Below are positions 1-12,100 of a DNA stretch of 64,000 nt, piece after piece. The notes beneath the pieces were generated by a model. That model saw only the letters and a list, made by a program, of their open reading frames with translations. It ran no database searches and was not told the DNA's origin. How positions within the stretch are numbered: position 1 is the first letter of the stretch; each line of letters starts with the position of its first letter. The translations under genes and the position numbers were made by a program. Source of the stretch: Geosiphon pyriformis uo1 (Eukaryota; Fungi; Glomeromycota); assembly GCA_016748015.1 (NCBI GenBank), contig JAAOMT010000480.1, positions 806,001 to 870,000 of the forward strand. The letters are read 5' to 3'.

Positions 1-498
1 TAACTTTCCTTTTTGAGAACTTAGCTTAGTCTTATCACTATTGCCAGGAATAATATGGTATTCAGCAACAAAGTAAACACGTGATATCACAAAGATTTAA
101 AAGATTCATTTTGAGCCTTCGTTTTAATCATCTGATTAGTGTACTTAAATTTAAAATAGTGCAAAAACATTATAATTATAATTATAATTTTAATAATTAA
201 TATATTTAAATTATTAGTGTTTATAAAAAAGAATTGAATATTTTTAATAAGTAATTATTTATTAAATTTCAAAATTTATTATTAACTTAACATAATACAA
301 TTTTATTAATTAATTATATTTAATTTTAAATAAATTTTTTATTTATTTAATTAACAAATACAGTTTAATTATTACTTATTATAATACTGTTATAAAAGAT
401 TTCAAAATAAACATAATTTATGTTTTTTTTATATGTAACCAGCTATTTAAACCAATTAAGACTATATTATTATAATATTAATAATACCAATATATTAT

Positions 499-1075
499 TG
501 TTACAGATTAGAATAACAAGCTAATAAATAGCAAAAGAAAATAGGATTGTAAGATAATAAAATTAATCAAAGAGAGAAATACAATAAAGAAGCAAATTAA
601 ATGAGTAAAAAATTCAATATACATGATTAGTCTTATAAAAATCACAGTTATAAATCTTTTTTGGAAATCTAAAAGTAGAGAAATAGTTCATAATTGTTAA
701 CAAAATAACATTATTATTATTATTTTATGTCTTACTTGACAATTTTTAGAATCAATAACAAATATTGTTATGCTTTTTAATTATTTTTTTATTTAATAAA
801 TTACAAAAACAAGCAATCACTTCTCAGACTAATTTTTAATAATACAAATTAAGAAAAAAAAAGATAAGATATATAAAAACCAACAAGTAATATTTTATCT
901 TAAAATGTTTTGATACTTAAAAATAGAAAAAAAAAATAAGCAATATAAAAAAAAATAATTAATAATAGATTTTATTTTGTTATTTTAATCATGTTTTTTT
1001 ACAGCTAAAAAACTTATTACTTATATAGTTATTAAAAATAGTCAATAATTAAATCAATAATCAGGTTATTAATTA
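499..1075 (+). repeat. Left arm of long imperfect inverted repeat (starts TGTTAC)
   Basis: Reverse complement of about 2070-2604, e.g. catgtttttttacagctaaaaaacttattacttatatagttattaaaaatagtcaa vs ttgaccatttttaataactatataactaataagttttttagctgtaaaaaaacat; diverged, with indels. Confidence 0.8.
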
Positions 1076-1439
1076 CTATCTAAAAATAAGATGGCTAATT
1101 ATGTAACATCAATAGCTAATACATATAATAACTAATAAAAATTATGAATTTTAATTGTAATATTATTTTTTTTAAAGAAATTAAGCTCAGACAAAATCAA
1201 ACTATTTATAATGTAATCTATTTAAAGATTTTTATTTAACTTAAAACTAACTAATTTATTAAAGTTTTTTGTAAATAAAAGTTTTGGTTCTTTTAACAAT
1301 AGTTAAAACTCTTAAAATATCTAATTATATAATGCCCAAAATTTTTATTTGTATTTTTGAAGTTGTTTTTTTATAAGCTTTATGTTTTTTATAATTTTAT
1401 CAAGTCAATTATAGAGTTTTAGTTGTTTTTCATATAACA

Positions 1440-2091
1440 GATTTTTGTTTATGGTCAAAATTTTTTTAATTGTTTTTTCAAGTGTATTAGAAAATACTAG
1501 TATGTTTTTAAGCATATATTTATTTATTTTGTTACCAATTTTTTCTTTTTTGGTAGTGGTTTCTTTTGGTTTAATAACAATATGTATTCTATTATTATCA
1601 ATTATAATAGTTTGTTTTTTAATAATCAGAGTAATATTTGGATAATTTTTGATCCAATACTTATAAAAAGTATAAAAAATGTTTTAAATATTTGATCCAG
1701 AAAATAATTATTTAGGTTAGTTAAAAATACCTCTGTTTTAAAAATAGTGTGTTTATTTATATCTGATTTTTGCTAATTATTTGGGTTAGTATTATTACAA
1801 CAAATAACCAATCAGATTATTTGTGATATTTTTTAAGTCATATATTATAAACAAAGCGATTTTTAAAAATTGTTCTATATTGATCTTGTAAGATATAAAA
1901 ACTATTGTTCAAAATTTTGTTGATTATAAAGAGTTTTTTTGACTGGCTAGAGAATTTATTATTATTTTTATAGTTAAAACTCATAGTTTTTATTAGTTAT
2001 TAACCTAATTATTGACTTGATTATTGATCTGATCAATAACTTAATCAATGATCTAATTATTGATCTGATCATTAACCTGTTTGTTGACCAT
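1440..2091 (-). pseudogene. Degenerate TE-type ORF with N-terminal Q-[VI]-[NI]-[DN] tetrapeptide repeats
   Basis: ATG at 2091 reads MVNKQVNDQINN*IID*VIDQINNQVNN*VNN; stops fall where the repeat predicts Gln; at least one frameshift downstream. Confidence 0.45.
1997..2080. repeat. 12-bp minisatellite (about 7 units, consensus ttattgatctga)
   Basis: ttattaacctaa ttattgacttga ttattgatctga tcaataacttaa tcaatgatctaa ttattgatctga tcattaacctg. Confidence 0.85.
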
Positions 2092-2604
2092 TTTTAATAA
2101 CTATATAACTAATAAGTTTTTTAGCTGTAAAAAAACATATAACAATTGATTAAAAATAAATAAAATAATAACTATTATCTCAATCTTTTTTTATTGCTTA
2201 TTTTCAAGTATCTAAATATTTTAGAATAAAAAATTACTTAGTAGTATTTATTTATTTATTTTTTGACTTATATAATTGTAGTATTTAAAGATTATTAAAT
2301 AAAATATAATTAAAGTATATATTTAATATCTAATATTAAATTTTAAAAGTGTTAATATAAAACATAGAATTATACCAGTGTGTTATTATTTGTTAACAGT
2401 ATAGACTATTTCTCTATTTTCAAATTTTCTGATTATTTTTTGAAAAAATTAATGACTGAGATATTTTATAAGATTGATTTTGCATATTAAATCTATATTT
2501 ATTTAATTTGTTTTTTGAAATTGAATTTTTTTTTGATCTATTTTATTATTATACAATTCTGTTATTTTTTGTTATTTGTTAATTAGTTATTTTAACTAGT
2601 AACA
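2070..2604 (-). repeat. Right arm of long imperfect inverted repeat (ends GTAACA)
   Basis: Reverse-complement homology to 499-1075; outer terminus ctagtaaca at 2604. Confidence 0.8.
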
Positions 2605-2678
2605 TAAAAGTAATGCTTTTGGTGAGATTGTTAAAATCTACTTTGTTTCTTATTATATAAGTGATTATTCATATCTGC

Positions 2679-3580
2679 TATTACAGATAATTATTTGGAG
2701 TATTAAAACAAATAACAAATCCATAGCTTAATATTTAATAGTAGATAATGTTGATAATATCTGAAGATTTTGAAGTATGAAAATTTTGGTTGAGTATTTT
2801 ATATAATAAACAGAGATTTAATTAATGGTTTCTCCCATGAATTTTTTTTTCAGCATGATGACTAGTTTATTCTGGCAGTCATGTTTTTTTGGTAAGCTAT
2901 TCTTAAATTTCTATTCTTATTCCCAGATCTTTTACCAAACTATTTTTGAAGTTAAATACTCAGTGCTTAATTTTTTTTTCAATTAGCAAACAACAAAAAA
3001 ATAAAATAAAAAAAATAAAAAAAAATAAAAAAAGAAAATAAGAAGAAAAAATAAAAAGTTAGTATTCTGTTAATAGCCATAATCAAAAGCTATTGGTTTA
3101 GTGTGATTAAGTATTGGATTTTTTTAATATAGAGTGTTGATAATATAGAATTGATTAAAATTTTTTAATTAAATAATGGTAACATAAATTCAGATAATAA
3201 TTAATATTTTATTAATATTTGATTTGATTTTACTTTAAGTTATAGAAAACTACTTTTTAAAGAAAGAGGTATTGAATAATTAATAAGTTCTAATTAAGTT
3301 GTCTTAATCAATTTTGTTTTTTTGCTTCTAATACTCTTATTATATATATATAATTTTTGTTATACAAAATTCCACATTTTTTTAAGCAATGTGTTTTATT
3401 TTTTTTAATAATGTGTTTATTATTAAATAATATGTCATAATTTACTTACAATGTGCCTATTGCTGAGTAATATGTCATAATTTTCTAATATTGTGTTCAC
3501 TTACTAAGTCTTATTCTCTTATTGGTCTATTTTTTATCTGTTTTTTCTATTTTTTTTCTTGTACTTTTTTATAAGTAATA
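2679..3580 (-). repeat. 3' LTR of G2 (about 902 bp); PPT at 3581-3594
   Basis: Termini tattact...tgtaata (mutated TG...CA); R/U5 part homologous to G1 LTRs; PPT aaaggagaaaataa abuts the LTR start. Confidence 0.85.
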
Positions 3581-3594
3581 TTATTTTCTCCTTT

Positions 3595-6500
3595 AATATT
3601 AAGCTTTATTAAATCTTTATTTTGAATTAAATCTATTGCTTCTCTTTCTAATACTGTTTGTTCAATTTTATTCCTTATTTTTTACATTAAAAGTTGTTTA
3701 TTTTTTTCTATTGATTAACTATTATTGTTTTTATTTCTTAGTATAGTAGTATTTCTAAATAATTTTAAAATATAATGTATAGTTAGTAAATTGTTTTGAT
3801 GTATAATATAAAATTTGTCTTTTTTTCAATAAATTCTTTAATTTGTTGTACTATTTTTTGATTGAATATTCTTTTAGATTTATTAATATATAATTTTTAA
3901 ATATTTAGCTTTTGTTTCAACTAATAATAACAGTATAATACTAAAAATTGTTTTATCTATAATTTCCAGTTTTTTTTAGTTACCTTTTCTGTTAGAATTA
4001 TTATTGGTATTTTACCAAAAGTGTTTTTTACTTTTTTTATAACTTTATTCAACTAATGTTTTGTTTGGTTTTATGATTACTAATATGAAATAATTCTTGC
4101 TTTTTTTTTGGTGTTTTAATAGTAAATTGTTTAATAATTGATGATAATTTCTATGTCTAATTGTTGTTAATTTATGGTCTGGAATAATTGTTGAACTATT
4201 ATGCAGATGTAGTCTAAGATTTTTATCTTTTTATTGTTGTTTTGTCATATATACTATGTTTTTATATACTATTCTTATAAATTAATTTAACATGTTTGTG
4301 TTAATAATTATAATTAGTTTTAAATTTTGAGAAATTTTATCTGTTTAGACTAGTATTCATTGTATTCTTAGTTATGAAATATTATTAATAAATAATAATA
4401 TTATATTGTAATATGGTTTCAATCAATTTTTATATGTTGTTTTAGCTAAGATTTTATTTTTTTATCTTAATTTATAAGCTCTATTTTCTAGAATTTCTTT
4501 AATGTGAAATAGTTTATCCTATTTGGGATCAAATTTTCTACTCTATTGTTTTTCTGTTTTGGTACAATATAAAAGTATTTTGTCTTTAAACTTAAATTTA
4601 ACTGGTTTATTTGGTAATTAATTATTATGTTGTTTTTTTTTGTAACTTTTGTATATTATTAGCTATTGTTTATCTTTTGTTTTCTAAAGTTTCTATTAAA
4701 TCATATGTTTTTTTCAGCAATGTTTTTTAGAAGTTGGCTTTTGTTATTGGTTTTGTTGGATATGTGTTGATATCTATCTCTATTAGTAATTTTGCTGTTT
4801 TACTATATACAAGTTTAAATAATATTGTTTGTATAATATTTTGTTTTATTGTTTAATACACAAATAAGACTAATGATATAAACAAATTCTATTTGTTCTG
4901 GTTTTTTTGGCTGATCTTAATTATTGCTTTACACAATATTTTGTTGAACTTTTTGACTAAATCATTTGTTTATAAATTATATAATAATAATAATAATAGT
5001 TTTTTGATTTCAAATTTTTGACTTAATTTTGTTAATATTTTGTTTACAAAGTAAGTTTCTTAATTTGATAACAGTTTTTTTGGGCATTTATGTTAACAAA
5101 TTAAAACTTAGTAAATAAATTTGGCTATGAATTCTGCATCTGTTCTTTGAATTATTTTTACTTATGGCTATTTTGTAAAATAATCTATGGCTACTGCTAT
5201 ATATTTATTATTTTTACTGATTATTGTTAATAATTTAACTAAGTCAATTCTAATTCAATTAAATAGTTGTCCTACTTTAATTGGTCTTAGTGATTCATTA
5301 AGTTTTGTTTCTTCTCTTTTCTGACAAACATCACAATTTTGAACATATTGAATAATATCTAAATATATAAATAGCCAATAGTATTTTTTTCTGGTTTTTT
5401 TATGGTTGCTTTTTTATAAAAATGTCCTGCTGTTAGATCTAAATGCATATTAAACAATATTGTTTCTTTTCTGATTCTGTGATTATTCTGAGTGACTAAT
5501 CTGAATATTTTTTGTTTTTTTAATATAGTATATTTTGTTAAGTAATAAAATATTTTGATTGTTGTTTTATGTTGTTTTGTTTTTTTTGTGATAATTTTTT
5601 CTTAAACTTTTGAGTATTAATATATAATTGTTGAAATTGTTGATATTTTTGTGTGTTTATTTTTTGTTATATTTTTGGGTTAAAATGTTTTTAGATTTGT
5701 CTTATTTGCAACAAACTGATAGCATTTTTATTTTATTTTTTCTTTTTATAATATACAATATAATTAAATGGTAATAGTTCTATTTTTCATTTTGCATGGT
5801 AATTATTTTCAAATTCTTGCTTTTGAATTGATTTTAATCTTTTGTGATCAGTGTATATATTAAAATTTTAACTTAAATATTTTTTTTATTTAATAACAGC
5901 ACAGTATATAGCTAAGTATTCTAATGCTAGAGTTCTATTGTTTTTTTTGGCTGGACTTAAACTTCAGCTAGCATATGCTACTGGATGTTCTCATCCATCT
6001 GCTTCTTTTTGTAACAATACAGCTCCCAATATTTGAACAAATATATTAGTGATAATAATAAATAACTTGTTGTAATTTGGATAGATTAGTATTAAAGCTT
6101 AAATAAGTTTTTTTTTTAAGATGTTAAAAGCTTCTTGTTGAGTTTTAGTTTATTCATATTTAACGTTTTTTGTTTGTAATTGGTAAAATAGTTGAGCCAA
6201 TTTGGAGAAATTTTGGATAAAACAGCAATAGTATTCAGTAAATTCCAAAAATACTCTTAATTCTATAAAATTTGTTGGTACTAAAAAGTTTTTGACTATT
6301 TCGATTTTATTTGGATCTATTTTAATGTTATCTTCATTCATGACATGTTTCAAAAACTTAAGTTTTATTTTGTTAAAAAAGCATTTAATTGTATTCTACT
6401 TCAATTTGGCTCTTCTTAATTTTTTAAATACTTGTTGAAAATAATAGAGATAATTATTAAATGTTTTTAAGAACACATTAGTATTATCTAAGTAGACTAT

Positions 6501-7107
6501 TACTGATTTTTACAGCAGTCTAGTATAGACAATTTTTATAAGCCATTGGAAGATAGCTGGTGCATTGGTTAAGCTAAATAACATAATATTAAATTCAGAA
6601 TTTTTTTTTGGTGATAAATGCTTTTTTCTCTTTGTTAGCTAAATTTATGGCTACTTGCCAGTAACCTCTATCTAAATTTAATGTTAAAACCCATTTTTTT
6701 CTTCCAAAAGCATCAAATAACTCCTGAATTTGTGGAGTTGGATAATTGTTTTTAGGAATAATACTGTTAAGTTTTCTGTAATTCACACAAAAGCAGATTT
6801 TCTATTTTTTTATAGATAAATACCACTGGTAATGACCATGAGCTCATTAATAATTGAATTAATTTATTGTCTAACATTTGATTGATTTCTTGTCAGATGA
6901 TTTTATGGCTAGCAGATAATATTCTGTATGTTTTTTGTTTAATTAGTATTGTATCTCCAGTTTTTATTTGGTGTTGAATGATGTTAGTTCTGCCAAATTT
7001 ATTTTTACTGGCAAAAATGTTAGTAAAATTGTTAAGTAGCATTTTGAGTTATATTTGTTGAAATAGGTTTAAATTTCACAAATTCATTTATTCTAATTGT
7101 TTTAGAT
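3595..7107 (-). pseudogene. G2 pol remnant (RT about 6070-7107, RNase H about 5690-6060, integrase about 4330-5660) plus ORF3 (about 3595-4290)
   Basis: RNase H EHPVAYAS motif (about 5965-5995); integrase zinc finger ending YVQNCDVC (about 5330-5350); many stop codons. Confidence 0.88.
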
Positions 7108-8262
7108 AAAAAGAAAACAAATTTATCAGACTATTATGTCAAAGAATTTTTTAGTTAATTGAAACAAGATTAAGAATTATTTCAGAGTTGTTGGCAACAA
7201 AAATGCTGATTTTTTTGCCAATACTATTACTATGTCTGATTTTACACTGCTTATTAAAATGCCATACTGCTTTTTAGTCATTGAAAACAAACTTGTTTCT
7301 GAAAATACTTATTACTTTATTAAGCATTTTTTTAAAGCTATTAGTTTTGTTGATTGGAATTTTAAATATGCTGACAATTTTGTAAATAATGCTTTGTGTA
7401 ACATAATTAATATGAATAAAACATTTGGTATATAATATCTTAATAGTCGAATTTAATCTGAGTTTATTAGCTTTGTTTCTGTGGCTCTTTAATCTTATTT
7501 CATAAAGACTCTACATTACTAATTATCTGTAGTCAAGAGAAAAAAATTACATAATTCAAGATATTTTAACATATTGTGCATTAAATGTAAGTTGGTTGAA
7601 AACTCTAACCATATGTTTTCTTGTATTCACAATAATAGTGTTAAAAATAATTTAATTTCAAAGACTATTAAAATATAAAATAGTTTGCTAAATGCATATG
7701 TTATTGACAATATGGTGATCTAATCTTTATATGAGGCTAGGTTTTCTAATTATTTATATATGTTGCTAGCCAAAGACTTTGTATTAAAAAGTAAATAATT
7801 AACATAGTATATTTATTAAATGGCAGTTCTAATAGTATGTTATTAGTCATTAATTTGGTTTGAAATTTTGCTGAAGATTACAAATCTACCATGTGATTGC
7901 CAATTACCAAGCTGAAAATACATTATAAAAAACATGATTGCTTGTTATGTGATAAGTCTGTAATATTAACTATATTTGGTTTAATATTTTTATGGTTTTC
8001 TAAAATAATTTATGATTTTGGTATTAGGTTGAGTATTTATGTTTGTTTTGGTTTATATTTTTATTTGTCTAGTGTATATTTTGGTTTTTTATATGACTTC
8101 TTAGTTGTAAGTAGTTTAGATATTTAGTGTTGTTTTAATTGACTTAAGTGACTAGTTATATGTAAAAAAAGCATAAGCCATACTTAATATAGAAATTTAT
8201 ATAGTTTTATAATTTTAGATAATAGTTGAATTACATTCATTAAATGCATAATAAAAAAAAAA
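7108..8262 (+). mobile_element. LINE copy L-A, 3' fragment (end of RNase H, CCHC, 3' UTR, poly-A)
   Basis: NKIKNYFRVVGNKNADFFA matches the family KVKGHSG..GN..AD motif; CALNVSWLK/DH-type zinc remnant; family 3' UTR and A tail at 8125-8262. Confidence 0.85.
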
Positions 8263-9109
8263 CTTATAAATTTTTACAAATATTATTATACTAATTAATT
8301 TGTTTAAAATTTTTAAATTATATAATAAAAAATAATATATAGCTTTATTAAAAATTTTTTTAAGTAAATTAATTTTAGTTTTTAATTTTTTTTAATTAAT
8401 GTATATTATTTTTATACATATTTTTTAATACAAAATTAAGCTAAATTTTATAGTTAATAATAAATTATAAAACTACTAAAACTAATTAAAAATTGTTTAT
8501 TTAAGACAGTTTTTTTAAATTATGTAAAAATCTTAAGTTTTTTTTAAATTAAGTTTAAAAAAACCATTAATTAAAAAAATGTTCTTAAGATAATTTTATT
8601 TTTACAATAGATACAAATAAATTACTAATACTTAAATATGCTTTTTAAACTCTTTAATTAATAACAATAACTTAAATAGTTATTTAATTATTTTTAATTT
8701 AATAATGTATTAACTATTAAATAAAAAATAATATTAGTTTTAATTTTAATTCTTTTAGTTTTAATAATAAATTTAATATTAATTTTATATTTTTTATATA
8801 TTTTATATAATTTAATATTTTTTTAATGTATTTTTTATAATTAAGTTTACTATAAAAATAAATAATAAAGTTTAAATTATTTTTTAAAACAAAAAATTGT
8901 TAATATAAAAGACTTAAAATTTGTTATATATATAAAAAATTCAATTAAAATTTTTTTTTAATAGTTTTAATTAAATTTATAAACCAAATATTAATAAAAA
9001 TATTTTTTAATTATAAAGTTTAAAAATTATTAATATTTATAACTTAAAAACTATATTATTTAATAGATATATATTTAGCAAATCTAATAGCAAACATAAT
9101 AAAAAAACA

Positions 9110-12100
9110 AAAACTTCTTTCTCTTATTTATTTCAATAATTATCAAAGAGTCTTAAATTTTATTAAAGAAGTTTTTTTTAATTGTTTCATTTAATTATTT
9201 AGTTTAATACATCTAAATTGTTTTTGCTTAACTATAAGATCACTAGTAATCTTAGTATTGTTATCATAAAAAAGTTTGTTAAAAGTTCTGGTTTTAATAC
9301 TGTCAACAAGAATTTTTTTTTTTAAAAAAAAAAGATGCTTTAAAAAATAGTATTGTTAATAAGAAAAATTTTACCAAGAAATTAACCAATAGTTTATAAA
9401 ATTTTAAAGCTAATAATACTATTAAATCTGATAATGTTGATATAAAAGAAGTGAAAAAAACCAGTGTGAATTATGATAAAAAAAATACTTTAAATAAAGA
9501 AAATTTAAACCAAACACTAAAAAAATCTAAATTAGTAATTAAGAAAACCTTGAATAAACTTTTAAAAAATATCAATTTTCTAAGTAATAATAATAATAAT
9601 GTTTTTTTGAATAATCTTATTGTCTTTTCTTTTCTTTTCAAGAATTTGGTTTAATTACAGTTAAGAAATCTTATGTTTTAAATATTAATTTAGATACTGT
9701 AATTAGAAAATTATTTTAGAAAAAGTTGAAAATTGTAGAAAAATTGTTTATTAATATTAATAGTTTTAAAAAGGTCTTTATTCTCTTAAAATTTGCTAAA
9801 ATTATCTGTGTATTGTTTATTTTTGAATCAAGTTTAGTATAAACAATATTTTAGTAAACACTAATTTTAAAAAATTGGCTGTATGTTTAGATCAAATTAT
9901 GGTAATCAAAAAAAATTCTGGTAGAAACATTTGTAAAGATTGTATGTACTGTGCTATTTGGTTTTGAAATAATTAAATTGATCAAAATACAGCTAGTAAA
10001 GCTATAGCAAAAAATAATTATAGAATTTAAGCAATTAAGTTGTATTAATTTAACTGCAGCAAAATAATATATTTTAATTAAAAAAAATACTATATATATT
10101 ATTAGAGCAAACTCAAACAAAAAAATTTAGAATGCAAAAAACAGCTACAAAATATTAATTTATATGCTACTAGTAAGAACTAATACTCATAATATTTAAG
10201 ACTTTATTAAATTAATTGATAAAAAAACTTGTATTATTAATTATCATTTAATTATATATGCTCAAGTTAAATATACTGTAATGTATTTTAATATTAGTAC
10301 TTTGTTAAATATTTGGCCTCTGTTGCTTATTTAGTTTTTTTTGGTAGAGTCTTTTAGGCAAAGATTATTGGTGGTTCTTTATTTTTTCTTTTTTTTTAGC
10401 ATAATGAGTTCTTAAAAATTGAATTTTTTATAAAAATAAAGCCTTTCTTATTAGTTATATTGCAAATAAATAATAGATTTGTTATTCTTAAATATAGTTT
10501 TACTAATTTTGTAAAACAATTGATAAGCTGGCTAAGAAATCAAACACACTTGAGCCAATAATTTTCTAGTTTAGTTTTAAATATTAGCCATTAATAATTC
10601 TTTTATCACAAAATTAAGAGATAAATATAATAATAAATAAGAATTTAAATATAATTACTAGTAGTAAAACTGTTATAAAAGTAGTGTTTTTGGATTTGTT
10701 AAGTTTTTTAAAATTAAAAAATAATATAAAAAACTTATTAAATATGATTTTGGATCTTTTAACTAAAGTTAACAATCTTAGTTTGAGTTTAGGCTTTTGC
10801 TTTTTTTAAAAACCAGTCTTATTTAAAAAATTATTATGTGCAATATCAAAGAAATAAACAATTTAACCAAGAAAAATAATATTGTTTGTTGGTATATGAA
10901 TTCTGAGATCTAGTGTTAAATTATAGATTATAAACAGATTCAATAAAGTTTAGATCTTTATATCTGATTTGAAAAATAGTTTTTTTGGTGTTGACATGGC
11001 CATTATTATGAACAATTTTTTAATTAACATATTACAAAAGTAAAAAAATTTCTGGTAAAATAATTTTGGTTTACTTTTTGTTTAAGAATAAATTGTTGGT
11101 TGTGGTTTTGGGTTTATATACTGAAGTATTGGCTAGAACTAGATTTGAACAGGCTTTTAATGTCAATTTTTTTATTTTTAAGACAGTTGGTTCCAGTTTA
11201 TTTATGATTCTAAGTAATAACTTCAATAAAAATAGTTCTAAAAAGAGTATAAGTCTTAAAAATACTCAAATATGAATTTGGTTAATTTTTTTAGTGAATA
11301 TTTTTTGGCTAAAACTTTTATCTAAAGCAATTTTATAAAAGTTAAAAAGGTTATTAATTATATTTTTGTGAGTAAAAGTTTGTTATTGGCAGTTATAAAC
11401 TATGAAATTAGTTCTACATCTGACTTTTTTAACACTAATTACAAAATAGTTTTAATTTTAATTGATTTGAAGAGTTTACTGGATGTTCATCTAAACAATA
11501 TTTGCAAACAAACTAATAAAAATTATTAAAAGTTTAAAATAAAAGATATAGATAATATTAAATAAACACATTTTGGTAAATGTTTTTTTACTAAGCTGTC
11601 AATAATATAAGATAAGTTTGTAAATGTTAAATATCTTAGAAATCTGGATGTAATATAGAAAATTTTAAATAAGATAATAATAAATATAATTAATAAAATA
11701 TTTTCTAAATATTGGTTTAGTAATTTTGATTGTTCAAGAAACAAATAATTTTTGAAATTCTATAAGTTAAAATTATTGGTTGTTAAGATAATTAAAATAT
11801 TAAGTTTAGACAACAGATTAGAATTTGATTATTTTATTAAAATTTGGTTATTTATTGATAAAGTAAAAATTTTTAAATTTAGCAGCTTGGTTTATAACAA
11901 TATAAGTTTTGTAAATATAATTAAATATCTGTCAAATATTAAGAAAAGTTATCAAAAGTTCAAGTATTACAAATCTAAAGCAGTATTACTAAAAATTTTT
12001 GGTTTCTTTTCTTAAATGTTATTAATATTTATTTATTGTTAATTCATAATTATTAGAAGCTAGTAAACTTTTAATAACTGAATTTATCTTTAAATTATTT

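Larger units (their letters stand above)
2679..7107 (-). mobile_element. Ty3/Gypsy element G2, 5'-truncated (RT-RNaseH-integrase-ORF3-PPT-3'LTR)
   Basis: Colinear reverse-complement match to G1 38450-41970; RT fragments NYRKLN..YPTPQIQELFDAF..GYWQV (6595-6786) and IKIDPNKIEIVKNF (6150-6353). Confidence 0.93.

Noticed and set aside
1445-1645. Hydrophobic 66-aa ORF resembling a membrane protein (and similar short I/L/F/K/N-rich ORFs)
   Set aside because: Artefact of T-rich antisense or hypermutated TE DNA; non-ATG starts, no family motifs
11981-11995. hAT-like CAGT terminus for element M
   Set aside because: CAG belongs to the 4-bp TSD; M2 shows the true end is T[G/A]TT and there is no 8-bp TSD
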